A DNA stretch of 64,000 bases from Octopus vulgaris (Eukaryota): assembly GCA_951406725.2 (NCBI GenBank), contig OX597816.1, positions 176,080,001 through 176,144,000 of the forward strand, in the 5' to 3' direction. The notes beneath the pieces are model-generated. The model made no database searches. It was not told the DNA's origin and saw nothing but the letters and a program-made list of their open reading frames with translations. Both the position numbers and the translations under genes were made by a program. Positions 40,881 through 54,473 of the stretch are shown here, in pieces (positions within the stretch are counted from its first letter, which is position 1; each line of letters opens with the position of its first letter).

Positions 40881-41455
40881 ATTAACACAATATATCTGAT
40901 TAATAATATTTGTTACGATTGTGCGGTAGTGGTGACCGATAATAAGATAGGGTGATATCCGAAAGAGAGAAATGACAAACACTTGTCAAAGTCTGGGTTT
41001 TGTTGCCCTAGTAACCACAGCTTTTGGGGTAGGGATTTCTAACCTAGTCCAGTCGCTTCATCGCCTCTTTTTACATGTCCCTGTAAATTTTGGCGCCAAT
41101 CCGACCCCATCTACCGCCCCTTAAATCGTTCCCATCCCAAAATGAGACAAACAAATTTTTCGCATTTCAGCTTTATAGATATTGCTGAAAAGTGGAGGGA
41201 AGGAATGAAATAGAGAGACCGAGGAAGACAGGGTTATATCCGAAAGAGGGGAACGACAAACACTTGTCAAAATCTGGGTTTTGTTGCCCTAGTAACCACA
41301 GCTTTTGAGGTAGGGATTTCTAACCTAGTCCAGTCGCTTCCCCGCCTCTTTTTACATGTCCGTGTAAATTTTGGAGCCAATTCGACCCCATCTACCTTAA
41401 ATCGTTCCCATCCCAAAATGAGGCAAACAAATTTTTCGCATTTCAGCTTTATAGA
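40079..41455 (-). mobile_element. Non-autonomous Helitron with three tandem 5' modules
   Basis: A|TCTATAAAGCTG start; hairpin CACCCGCGCGTGGGTC then CTAG|T end; 5' module recurs at ~40753, ~41180 and 41455. Confidence 0.85.
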
Positions 41456-41747
41456 TTTTGAAGAAATAATGTTACCTACATTATTAGTGGTAGAATAACC
41501 AACTCCAAAATTATTACTAGAGAAAATATTTTTATATTTTCGATTATCACAAAAGAATTGTTCAATAATATTTAAAATCTCTTTAATAATATTAGTTTTA
41601 ACTTGAGCCCCATAAGGAACAATTAACCAAATTTTATTCCTATTATTTATATTTATATTATTATTGCTATTATTATTATTATTATTATCATCATCATCAT
41701 TATTATTACTATTATTATTATTATTATTATTATTATTATCATCATCA

Positions 41748-41819
<72 letters not shown>

Positions 41820-42065
41820 TTCTTTTTAATATTATTAAAATTATTATTATCATTCATTGAATTAAAATTAAAATTAAAATTAGTCTTATTTATATTTTTA
41901 GTTTTATTTTTACTAATATTTATATATTTGTTTTTCTTTTATTATTATTCTTATGATTTGTTTTATCGTAATATCTATTTTTAAGAAAATATTATGAAGA
42001 TTTTTAATTTTATTATCATTAAAATCATTAAAATAATAATCCTTTATATTATAATTATTAAAATG

Positions 42066-42120
<55 letters not shown>

Positions 42121-42123
42121 GTA

Positions 42124-42160
<37 letters not shown>

Positions 42161-42175
42161 CATTATTATCAATAC

Positions 42176-42257
<82 letters not shown>

Positions 42258-43551
42258 ATCATTATCATTATTAAAGAATTTAATATTATTATTATATCCT
42301 ACCTCTTGCAGGGCTTCATTATAATAAGGTGCATGTTTATTGAAAATCTCTAAATCATAAGAAAGTAATGATATTCGTTTACTAATATTATTTATCCACG
42401 ATTTTTAATTGAGGGTGGGTGATTACCATTAGCATTTGTATATCTAAGGTTTTCATTATATTTATGGTATGGTTGGGTTTTACCCGTTATTAAATTAAAA
42501 TTAACATCTAAATAATTTACATTATAGTTCTCCTTATATATAGTAATACTTAAACAATATCCTTCAAAGAAATTATATAGTTTCTTATATAATTCAAGTT
42601 TTCTATTAGTGCAATTCTTAGTAATTAATAAAAGGTCATCCTTATATAAACCACCCTCCAACTTTAAATTTTATAATTGAAGTTGAGATAATAAATAAAT
42701 GCCTACTAAATCCGTAGCTTGTGCAGAATCAGGTGCCCCCATAGGTATATCAAAAACGTCCCTAGTATCCTTCCTAGCCCATAATTTATTACTATATCTA
42801 ATAAACCATTTCCTAGCCATTTTAATTACATTAACTTCATCATAAGTCATTCCTGCCTTATTCATTGCATATATTAGGGCTTTATTAAACACAATTTCAT
42901 TAATAGAAGAGTAATAATTATCTATATCTATTTGAATAAATTTATATTGATTTTTTCTTTAATATTATAAAACCAATTTAGAATATTATTATTACTAGTC
43001 CATAAGTTTAGGTTGTTTAGTTTATTTAATTTATTGATATATTTATCCAATATTAATTTACTCAATTTACCAAGGTCTCATTCACATGGACAAATTAATC
43101 TAACTTTAGGGTCTGAATAAAAATTATCCTTATGGTCCTCCAAAGTAATTCTAGGGTGCATAGGTACATAAGGTTCTGTTTTATTATCTAACTTCTAATT
43201 CATCATTTCTAATTTAGAGGCCTTATTTATAGTATAAAGTGCATTATCTGGAACAATTTTATATTTTTAATTATCTCTTTCTCTAATAGCTTTTCATATA
43301 ATTTAACATCTAGTTTATATAGGTTCCTAGTTTTATCTGATTGTACAATAATACCTTCCTTATTTCGCATTTCTAATTTTTATATTTGTTAATGATAATT
43401 TAGATACGTACATTTATTTAATTATTATTATTTTATAATTATTATATCTGAACGTAAATTGTAAAATATTAGTCTGTCACTTTGTGATTTAGATTGTTAA
43501 AATGTTTTAGTATAACTAAGAGTTCTTATTATATTTCAGGTACTATTAGAT

Positions 43552-43606
<55 letters not shown>

Positions 43607-44185
43607 GTACTTTTTTCGCAAATGATTTTATAAACGGTAAGTTATACGTTTTTACTTTGGAATTTTTCATTTCTTATTTTTTGTTTCATAAATATTTTCG
43701 GAATGATATCTATAATATTTATTCAAGTTATAAAGGAGTAATATATTTATTTATTTATATGTTTATTGATAGAAAAAATATGGATTTTTAATTACTATAT
43801 TTCTTGATTATAATTTAGATACGTACTTTTATATAAATTTATTATTTTATAATTATTATATATGTGAACTAAAATCTAAAAATATTAAGAGTTATTGTTT
43901 TGTAAAATAGTTTGGTAATTAAATATTAGAGTATAGCTAGGTTAAAGATATTCTATAATTTATTAATGCTTTTTATTAAACTAAATTATTTCTTCACAGA
44001 TAAATACGTTTTTCTATCTATTTCCTCTATTTTTTACCTTTAATATTTAACATAATAAATGTATTGTAGGCAACTGGTCCTAATGTTTTAAGTTTCAAAT
44101 TTAGTTAATGGAGTTTCTTCTATAAGAAAAATCATGATTTTATTTCTATTTGCTTATTTATTTAATTATAATTGTTTTTATTGTT

Positions 44186-44287
44186 AACCTGAAGAGTGAA
44201 TATGATTTTAAACTGAAATGTCTTTCGATTAAATTTAAATTTAACTGTAATTCGAATTTAAATTATAGCCATGAAATGAGCGTAGTA
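44186..44287 (+). ncRNA. Hammerhead motif in the inverted Naiad pLTR (diverged, longer stem II)
   Basis: aac-CTGAAGA-gtgaatatgattt...aaattatagccat-GAAA-tgagcg-TA-gt. Confidence 0.65.
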
Positions 44288-44359
44288 TTTTTACTTATAT
44301 ATTGTTTATTCATTTTCGTACTTTTTGTGATCTTGTTATATATTTAAAAAAATATTTTT

Positions 44360-45397
44360 TATTTTTTATTTATGATTTGGTTTATCTATATCATTGTTTG
44401 AATTGCATAATAGTGGTTTTTCTCTAATCTATATATTATATATTTATATTGTGAAATTTGATTTAATACTATATTGAATTTTTCCATGTAAGTTTCGAGT
44501 TATACTCCCTAATATTATTATCATATACATATACATATATATATACACACACACATACATACATATACAATCACACATACGCATACATATTTATATATAC
44601 ACTCACACATACGCATACATATTTATATATACACCTTTGGCTGTATGTGTATGTATATGTGAATGTGCGTGCGCTCGCGTATGCTTGTTTACATTTTTAG
44701 ATCAATAAAATCACTAAAAGGAAATTAGGGCTTGCATCTGAAAGGACAATAATGGGAAAACGGTTTCAAGCTCTTTGTACCCATCCTCAATGATGGATAC
44801 TCGTGCTCTACAGTTAGCAGTCGTTCACTCCAGCTCGCAATATATCGAAAATAAGTGACACCCAGTCACTGATGTTACAACAAGCAAATTAGCTAGTTAG
44901 AAAATCTCTATAAGAGATGAAAACTGTAACTATAGTGGAAAGTAATAGTTATCGCCACTTAAATATGGCTGGTTCATAGGACCCGACATTACTACCACTA
45001 TAACCTCAGAAGGATGCCTCCTCCAGCTGGTTGCTCGGTGCAATCTGCATCCGATATATATATTGCAAACAGGTCTGGTGGTCTCATGGCTCGAAGATAA
45101 TAGGGGTTCACTCCCCTGCGTGCAATACATCGAATAACCAGCTGAAAGAGGAGTCTTCCTTGGGTTAAAATGATAGTAACGTTGGTTCCTACGGAACAGC
45201 CATATTTAGATGGCGATAACCTATACTTTCCCAGTCGTGGTTGGTTGTAGGGAGTTCCCTGCTCAGTGGGCATGGAGGATGCTTACAGCCATTGGAATGA
45301 GATGGGAGAGGCAGCTGAAAGAGCTCCTTGTTGGCTTTGGGGCAAGAGAAAGGGTTTAAGCCGGAAGCCAGTAGGAGACGAGGAGTAGGGATTTGAC
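44360..45397 (-). repeat. Right arm of the ~1 kb inverted repeat
   Basis: Reverse complement of 33546-34570. Confidence 0.95.
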
Positions 45398-45877
45398 CAC
45401 CTCTGCTGACCCACGAATGGAAGGGTGTTTACGGTTCAGGTTCGAAACACTCGATGAACGTTGGATACGTTGAAACTCCCTCCTGGCCAAAGCTCCATTC
45501 ACAGTGGGAAAAGCTCTTACTTCTAGGTGTCATTCACTCACACACACACATGTGTTATTAGTGCACGCACACGCACATACATAATAAGAAGTCAATATTC
45601 AAAAGCGAATATTCATATAAATATTATTATTGTTATTATTATCTGCGGTAAATATAAATATTTGATAATAACAACAATAACAGCAAAAATTTAACATACC
45701 ATCACAGCTTAATGCTGTATAGTTTGACATCTGGATATGCTTGTATCATGAACTCTCTTCAGGAAGTTTTACTATACATATATATAGTCTTCAACTACAT
45801 CGTAGGGCCGACCAAAGCCTTGTGAGTAGATTTGGTAGGTAGAAATTGAAAGAAAACCTCAGTATGTATTATGTATG

Positions 45878-47094
45878 TATGTCATTATTCAGTTTTATTT
45901 CAAAATTTCTTACTAATAGAGAAAAGCCGGTATCTAACCTAGAATTGGAATTTCAACATCAACAACTGGGTATGTATGTATGTATGTATGTATGTATGTA
46001 TGTATGTATGTATGTATGTATGTATGTATGTATGTATGTATGCATGTATGTATGTTTGTATGTATGTATGTAGGTAGGTAGGTAGGTAGGTAGGTAGGTA
46101 GGTAGGTAAGGTAGGTAAGGTATATAGGTAGGTAAGGTAGGTAGGTAGGAAGGTTGGTAGGTAGGTAGGTAGGTAGGTAGGTAGGTAGGTAAGGTAGGTA
46201 AGGTAGGTAGGTAGGTAGGTAGGTAGGTAGGTAGGTAGGTAGGTAGGTAGGTAGGTAAGGTAGGTAGGTAGGAAGGTTGGTAGGTAGGTAGGTAGGTAGG
46301 TAGGTAGGTAGGTAGGTAGGTAGGAAGGTTGGTAGGGTAGGTAGGTAGGTAAGGTAGGTAGGTAGGTAGGTTGGTAGGTAGGTAGGTAGGTAAGGTAGGT
46401 AAGGTAGGTAGGTAGGAAGGTCCGTAGGTAGGTAGGTAGGTAAGGTAGGTAAGATAGGTAGGTAGGAAGGTTGGTAGGTAGGTAGGTAAGGTAGGTAAGG
46501 TAGGTAGGTAGGAAGGTTGGTAGGTAGGTAGGTAGGTAAGGTAGGTAAGGTAGGTAGGTAGGAAGGTTGGTAGGTAGGTAGGTAGGTAAGGTAGGTAAGG
46601 TAGGTAGGTAGGAAGGTTGGTAGGTAGGTAGGTAGGTAGGTAGGTAAGGTAGGTAGGTAGGTAGGTAGGAAGGTTGGTAGGTAGGTAGGTAGGTAGGTAG
46701 GTAAGATAGGTAGGTAGGAAGGTTGGTAGGTAGGTAGGTAGGTAAGGTAGGTAAGGTAGGTAGGTAGGAAGGTCCGTAGGTAGGTAGGTAGGTAAGGTAG
46801 GTAAGATAGGTAGGTAGGAAGGTTGGTAGGTAGGTAGGTAAGGTAGGTAAGGTAGGTAGGTAGGAAGGTTGGTAGGTAGGTAGGTAGGTAGGTAGGTAAG
46901 GTAGGTAGGTAGGAAGGTTGGTAGGTAGGTAGGTAGGTAGGTAGGTAGGTAGGTAGGTAGGAAGGTTGGTGGTAGGCAGGCAGGTAGGCAAGGTAGGTAA
47001 GGTAGGTAGGTAGGAAGGTAGGCAGGCAGGCAGGCAGGCAGGCAGGCAAGACAGGCAGGCAGGAAGGCAGGCAGGCAGGCAGGCAAGGCAGGCA

Positions 47095-47133
<39 letters not shown>

Positions 47134-47166
47134 CAAGGCAGGCAAGGCAGGCAGGCAGGAAGGCGG

Positions 47167-47222
<56 letters not shown>

Positions 47223-47300
47223 CAAGGCAGGCAGGCAGGCAGGCAAGAAGGCAGGCAGGCAGGCAGGCAAGGCAGGCAAGGCAGGCAGGCAGGAAGGCGG

Positions 47301-47344
<44 letters not shown>

Positions 47345-47387
47345 CAAGGAGGCAGGCAGGCAAGGCAGGCAAGGCAGGCAGGCAGGA

Positions 47388-47418
<31 letters not shown>

Positions 47419-47420
47419 CA

Positions 47421-47455
<35 letters not shown>

Positions 47456-48725
47456 CAAGGCAGGCAAGGCAGGCAGGCAGGAAGGCAGGCAGGCAGGCAG
47501 GCAAGGCAGAAGGCAGGTAGGTAGGAAGGTTGGTAGGTAGGTAGGTAGGTAAGGTAGGTAAGGTAGGTAGGTAGGAAGGTTGGTAGGTAGGTAGGTAGGT
47601 AAGGTAGGTAAGGTAGGTAGGTAGGAAGGTTGGTAGGTAGGTAGGTAGGTAGGTAGGTAGGTAGGAGGAGGTGGAGGTAGGTAGGAGGTAGGTAGGAAGG
47701 TGGTAGGTAGGTAGGTAGGGAGGAAGGTTGGTAGGTAGGTAGGTAGGTAGGTAGGTAGGTAGGTAGGAGGAGGTTGGAGGTAGGTAGGTAGGAAGGTAGG
47801 TAGGAGGAGGAAGGTTGGTAGGTAGGAGGTAGGTAAGGTAGGTAGGTAGGTAGGTAGGAAGGTTGGTAGGTAGGTAGGTAGGTAAGGTAGGTAGGTAGGT
47901 AGGTAGGAAGGTTGGTAGGTAGGTAGGTAGGTAAGGTAGGTAAGGTAGGTAGGTAGGAAGGTTGGTAGGTAGGTAGGTAGGTAAGGTAGGTAAGGTAGGT
48001 AGGTAGGAAGGTTGGTAGGTAGGTAGGTAGGTAGGTAGGTAGGTAGGTAGGTAGGTAGGTAGGTAGGTAGGTAGGTAGGTAGGTAAGGTAGGTAGGTAGG
48101 TAAGGTAGGTAGGTAGGTAGGTAAGGTAGGTAAGGTAGGTAGGTAGGAAGGTTGGTAGGTAGGTAGGTAGGTAAGGTAGGTAAGGTAGGTAGGTAGGTAG
48201 GTAGGTAGGTAGGTAAGGTAGGTAAGGTAGGTAGGTAGGAAGGTTGGTAGGTAGGTAGGTAGGTAAGGTAGGTAAGGTAGGTAGGTAGGTAGGTTGGTAG
48301 GTAGGTAGGTAGGTAGGTAAGGTAGGTAAGGTAGGTAGGTAGGAAGGTTGGTAGGTAGGTAGGTAGGTAGGTAAGGTAGGTAAGGTAGGTAGGTAGGAAG
48401 GTTGGTAGGTAGGTAGGTAGGTAGGTAAGGTAGGTAGGTAGGAAGGTTGGTAGGTAGGTAGGTAAGGTAGGTAGGTAGGAAGGTTGGTAGGTAGGTAGGT
48501 AGGTAAGGTAGGTAGGTAGGTAGGTAGGTAGGTAGGTAGGTAAGGTAGGTAAGGTAGGTAGGTAGGAAGGTTGGTAGGTAGGTAGGTATAAGTGCAGATT
48601 TGTCTGATTTATTTTATGTATGTCTTCTCGTGCATATGCTTGCATATCTAGACATGCTCATAAATACTTAAAGGATAAACTTCTGGAAAGTTTTTCAGAC
48701 TTTAACTGTTCCAGTGATGGTTTGG
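45878..48725 (-). mobile_element. Dong/R4 3' end whose internal microsatellite has expanded to ~2.6 kb
   Basis: Flanks 45878-45970 and 48590-48725 match 11722-11830 and 12090-12220. Confidence 0.8.
45971..48590. repeat. Compound satellite (TATG)n-(TAGG)n-(CAGG)n-(TAGG)n with a ~40-55 bp higher-order unit
   Basis: Recurrent GTAAGGTAGGTAAGGTAGGTAGGTAGGAAGGTTG module. Confidence 0.97.
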
Positions 48726-50519
48726 ATCTGTAGTCTTGGAATCAGCTTTCTCCTTTCCGATTTTGAGAATATCTGGGCATTCGTATAGGAACTTAACGGC
48801 TACCGGAAGTTGTCCATTCATCTCAAAATTCGGCAAAACAACTCTGTAGCATGCAGTTATACGCCTTTTCGAGAATGTTGTCAAGTGTATACCCCTGGCA
48901 ATCTTCTCATGATTTCTCGAAGACCTGTCATAGAGTGGGTTTTACTGTGGCCAGGACGAAAGTCACCCTATTCTGCTACCTCGACAAAATATCTACATCT
49001 CTTTTCCAGACACCTAGCGTGAGTCTTTGGCGGGAAGGCTCAACGACGTGACTCTTCTATAATTAGAGCACGCTTTCATGTCGCTATAAAAATTGGGACC
49101 ACCACTCCAGATTCCCATTGTTTGATATCTTTCTAGAAGTCTAAGCCATCTGGCATGCCTGTGTCAGCCAAAGATTACCTTCTCTATTTAAAACTTCTAA
49201 AATCTTAGACCGAATTTTACCCTCCCCAGCAGTCCGGCTACATTTGAGCGCCTGAATCGCCCTTGTGATCACATCTTCTATCAACTTAGTCTTCACCATT
49301 GATGCACCTCGTGATCAACAGAAGATTGTAATGTGACTGATAAGCAATGCATTCTTTTCACCTCCCAAAGATGATTTCAAAGTCCCCCATGACTTAGTGT
49401 TGGACGTTTTTACGGTCTCTGCTGCAACTTCTCACGCTTCAGTGTACTGCAAGTGCAAAAGGAAGGTCCTTCATTGCTCGGATGACATTTTTAACTTCTT
49501 GGTTAAACTAGCGGGTTCTCTTACCATCCAGTGCTACACCGATCTGCTTTCGTCTACACCATTGTACAACCGAAGAGGGAGGTATTGAACAAGGCAATAT
49601 CCACTCAGTTTCGACGTTTTTAATTTATTCGAGGAGGATTTTGAATTTGGAAGTAATAGTGTCAAGAATTACCAGTTTTGTGAGATCGCAGACAACCTGG
49701 AGGTAATCGGTTGAAAACGCCAACCCATTCTTTACTTGAACGTCCAGCACAGAATCAAAGCGGTCAGGGAGATAACAAAATCTATCAGTGACCTGTGTCC
49801 CAAAATATCCCAAATACCAGGTATACTTATGGATATCTCTGTGTTGGAAGAATGTGTTTATAATTGAGAGCCCATTTCTAGCAAAAGAAAAAACAAATAA
49901 AAAATCTAGTAAGGTCCCTCCACTCGATTACGTTCGGGGTCACCATTATTCCAAATCCCTCATTCCCATGTCAAGTGATTAGTGCTAACATGTGCATTGA
50001 AATCTCAGTCTTTGTATCTAAAACTGTAGTGACTTTGTTAAGAAAAGATTTGTATTTGGCCTCACTGTTTGATCTCACTGTTTAGTGCAACAGCAACAGC
50101 GATCCTTCCTTCAGCCTGTTTCAGTAGGCAAAACTTCCTACCTCATGGAACCCATTCCATACCATAGTCTTATAGCTGAAGGTTTGTGAATGTACTCTCT
50201 CCTGCCTGTGCAGACATAGTTGGTATCACACCTGAATAGTGGTTTCCGCCATTCATTCAAATATGCGGTATTAGAGCCACAGAACTTTGTAGTAGAGATA
50301 CGGACCATGTGTTGTCAAAAGCATTTGGCCTTCACCACTAGTTCCCTTGTAAGGGTTGTGATATTTTAATTCCCAACCATTAACAGTTGTTCTCTCCTGC
50401 ACCCGCAACACTTGTGCTTCAACCTCCCAGAACAAGGTGCAGGCTTACAGCTGTTTGCACCGATGTCAGGTGGAGACGGCAATATATTTTCCTAAGGTCC
50501 GAACGCGTCCCTTGTTAAC

Positions 50520-51030
50520 AAATGATACGGTATGTTTAGCCCCTTGCATAAGATCTGGTCATCAAATCTAAGTAGAGACTTCAAACTTGAAATCTTCAAA
50601 GCCACAGTCGAACCAATTCTACTATATGGCTCAGAAACCTGGACGTTATCAAAGAAGCTTGAGAGACGGTTGGATGGAACCTACACTCGCCTCCTTATGA
50701 GAGCTCAAAATCTCTCGTGGAAGCGCCATCCAACCAAAATGCAAATATATGGGAAACTACCACCTGTGTCATCTCTTGTGAAAGGTAAGAGAGTCCAGTT
50801 TGCTGGACATTGTTGTAGAGCTGAAAAAGAAGTAATTTCTACTATTCTCCTCTGGAAGCCATCTACTCGTAATACCAGAGCGCGCACACTCTCCTACCCT
50901 GATGTAATCTCCAGGGGTACAGGCATCCAGCAACAGGACCTCCGTAATGCCATGATGGACCGTGAAGTCTGGCGTAGCATGGTAAATTCCATTGTCTCGA
51001 CCACGGTCGAACAATGATAATGATGATGAT
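50520..51030 (+). mobile_element. RTE/RTE-X LINE 3' fragment with (TGA)n tail
   Basis: KIWSS...KLEIFKATVEPILLYGSETWTL...FAGHCCR...MMDREVWR. Confidence 0.85.
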
Positions 51031-51679
51031 GGTTATTTTTCACAAAACTTTTTCATTTTGTAGTTTTTGGTCGTCTTATTCGTTCCAGGTACCAAACTTA
51101 TTTGCATAGGACCCACGTAGACAAGGCTTATATGGATGCGGCCTTTACGCGCTTCAGCCTGTCTACATCATTGGGTTGTAAGAGCTTTTCAAAAGCTCAA
51201 CAGTGGCTGTTGTTGATTCATCTCCTCAGTAGGTTCTCGCTGTTTGATCTAGATTTGTTTATTCGTTCAACCAGAGTCTTCTTATTTCGTAACTACCATT
51301 ATATTTTTGATGGTCGTATCACTGTCCACCATTGGCAACCCGTTCTCTAGCTGAACAGCTCCCACTAAACGCCACCACAAAATTGCTGATCCGATATCTC
51401 TACCACAAAAAAAGATGAACCCTTCAAACCTTCTACAAATGCTGAACCTGGTTGACAAACTGGCGACTACAGAATAATTTTTACGGTCAATATGAATATC
51501 TACGGTCAATATGAATATAATGTTGTACGCGATATGTTTCCATACAGCAGAACATAAAGCCACAATAAATAATTGTGTTTGACTGCTATTTCTAGCCAAT
51601 TTTCACCGTTTTCAACGACCCCTTTTCTTGTACATCGGCGGGCGCTGTATTTTCTTCAATCGCTCGCTGCTGTCACGGC

Positions 51680-54340
51680 GTAAAACTACTACATATGTGG
51701 AAAATCGGTGTGTGTTTGTTTGTGGCGTTGTTAGCTAACTCCTCCTACATCGTTTTATTGATTTCGATGAAACTTGACACATTAGTAGAACTCATGTCTG
51801 GAAGTCTCGTGACATACTTAGATTGTTGAAAAAATCGATAATACGGCCCTTGGAAGGAATTTTTATATCTACCTCATATAACTAATTTTTTAAACACCCA
51901 AGGGAAATAACCTATAGCACCTGCACAATATTTTTTAAACATTCAAGGGAAATAACCCATAGCACCTGCACTTACAGTTGTTAGTTTTTAGCGAAACGAT
52001 CAATATTTGATTATCACGATCAGCGGACCTAATTCTGCATTTCACTACTTACAGTTTTCAACTGCTAAACCTTATTATTGCACTTTCTTGATACATGTAC
52101 ACTTTCAATTCCCATAAGTCCGATAATTCTGCATTTTTCCAGTTAAAATTTTTCGATGACAGTACATAAATTTTTGATTCCAGAACGTATTTAATTAGTG
52201 TGTCCCAATACAATGAACTCATACTTTGAATGCTTAAAATTCTTAAAAAATGAAGCTAAACTTCACACGACATTCAGTTGGGACATCCTGTATCACTTAT
52301 ACTTATTTTACGAATCATAATATTTATTGCTTATTTACAGTTCATACCACATTTTCATGAAACTAACTGAGCCATCGACACCAATTACTAATTTTTGCAG
52401 ACAATATCACTTTTATACTTTATTTGACACGTGAGTAGAACTCATATTTGGAAACCTCGTGACATACTTAGATTGTTGAAAAAGATCGATAATAGGGCCC
52501 CTCCAATGGATCCTTCTATCTACTACATATTACTAATATTTTATTTCAATAACGCAAGAGAAATAACCTATACCACCTGCAGTTTTTAGCGAAGCGATCA
52601 ATATTTGATTCTCACGATCAGCCGACTTTATTCTGCATTTCACTACTCAGTTTTGAACTGCTAAATATCGCACTTCCTTAGTTTGAATCTTAAAACGTAA
52701 AGACTCCATTCATACATTTCTATACATACATACTTTTTTAAATGCCCATTACTCAGATAATTCTGCATTTTTACAGTTACACTTTTTCCATGACAGTAGA
52801 TAAATTTTTTATTCCACAAGTATTTGTAGTGGCTTCATGTAGGCATGGCGTGGATTCGATCTTCGATTGCCAAATTTCACTTAACACTTCAACAGCACTT
52901 TTCTCACGGCAAAACAACAGTTTTTCTGTGAGTGACAGCAGTTATATATTTCCCAGTTGCCTTCACTAAGCAGAATAATAATCTTTGCCACTTGACCCTT
53001 CTAACCCGGAATGGAGATAACAGATCTCCAACGAAATCATTTGTTCTCAACAATATGTCTATCCTTCTGGCTGTTTTTCCATAGTTATAAAAACCAAGAA
53101 CTCCGTAAGCTAAAGGCAGTTACTGAGAGCGACCATAGACTGTGTATGAGCGCGCTTGCGCATGCGTGCGCGTGTATGTATGAGCGCGCATGTGTGTACA
53201 GTGATGGATTCGAGGGTTTCGTTTATTTACGAGTTGATTTCTTAAATTCACCAGAGTATAAATACCTATAATGGTGAAACACTTCTCAAATTCTACGCAA
53301 TATTTTCTATAAGTAATTCATTTTTTTCACTTTCTATTCCATATGAATCGACCCTCGTCTGCGTGTATATAGACCATGGTGTAATTCAATTCTATTAAAA
53401 AGCATGGGTAAGCAACGCATTGTAAACCATACTATTATTTGCGAAAAAATTTATCTGCGCGCATAGTATGCATCACCCCTCCGATGTCTTTTTCTTGTCT
53501 TCATTTTTTTCTACTGTCGTTTCCGAGCACTGAAATTCTTGTTCCATCTTCGCAAGAGGCAATATCTTTACTCACTACTCCTCGTTGGACTGGAGTGGCT
53601 GCGATTTGGTTCGCGCAATGGAAGCTCACTTTTCGGGTGACAAAATCTAGTCAGAATCTTATCAACTCAATTTGTTAATAAGTATCCTTCCACCCACCCA
53701 CCCTAAGCAGTGAGATAAAGGTCATAATTACAACTGCTGCAAGTATTATTTTGTATCAGGAAATTAAAACCCACCTCTAGTTCTCAGCAAACTTTGGCAG
53801 ATAAAAGGCCTTCACAAATTCTACGAAGAATGAACTGTAAGAAAATAACTTTCTAGAGAAATCTTTCGTGAAATACTTTTCCTCTAACATTTACCACCAA
53901 ACATACAGGCAATCTTAATATCTGATGGGGTTTGTAGCTCTGTTGATCAATTGGTGAACGTATCGTTGACATTTCACTTCCAGCTTCCTCTACTGGCACT
54001 CCTACAGTAAGTCGCATATTTTGTTTTTGATTCTCGCCTTTTGAAAGGAATTTCGTTAAAGTTGATCTTCACCATCCAATCCTCAGAACTGATGTTCTCC
54101 ATCATTTTGGTCTTCTAGTCGATTTAAAAACTCAAACCTTAATTGATTCTGCGACTAATTTATGAATACGTGATATTGGTGCAAAGACTACTCCTCTCAG
54201 ACCTCTTTTCTTTGTCGCTTCTACGTCTTATAATTATCATGCGCTTCTTAGTCGATTCCCGGACATGACTTATGCGGTTTTTAGTAATAGAAAGCCGTAA
54301 CATTTAGCAACATATCTTATTCTTACAACTGGACCTCTAG
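51680..54340 (+). mobile_element. Possible Helitron derivative with a duplicated 5' module and a PIF1-helicase-like remnant
   Basis: Module ~51775-52140 repeated at ~52425-52810; WTGVAA (~53585) and AASIILYQEI (~53737) resemble PIF1 motifs Ia and II; termini uncertain. Confidence 0.4.
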
Positions 54341-54418
54341 TGTTATAGTTTTGAAAAACAGTTTAAACACACACACACATATAAATATATATATATACAT
54401 ATATATATAGATGTATGC

Positions 54419-54469
<51 letters not shown>

Positions 54470-54473
<4 letters not shown>

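Noticed and set aside
40640-41455. CRISPR-like repeat array
   Set aside because: Units are 110-240 bp Helitron 5' modules in a eukaryotic context; no spacer architecture or cas genes
45934-48645. 903-aa and overlapping long ORFs (LPTY/LPAC repeats)
   Set aside because: Translations of a stop-free tetranucleotide satellite; no evidence of a gene
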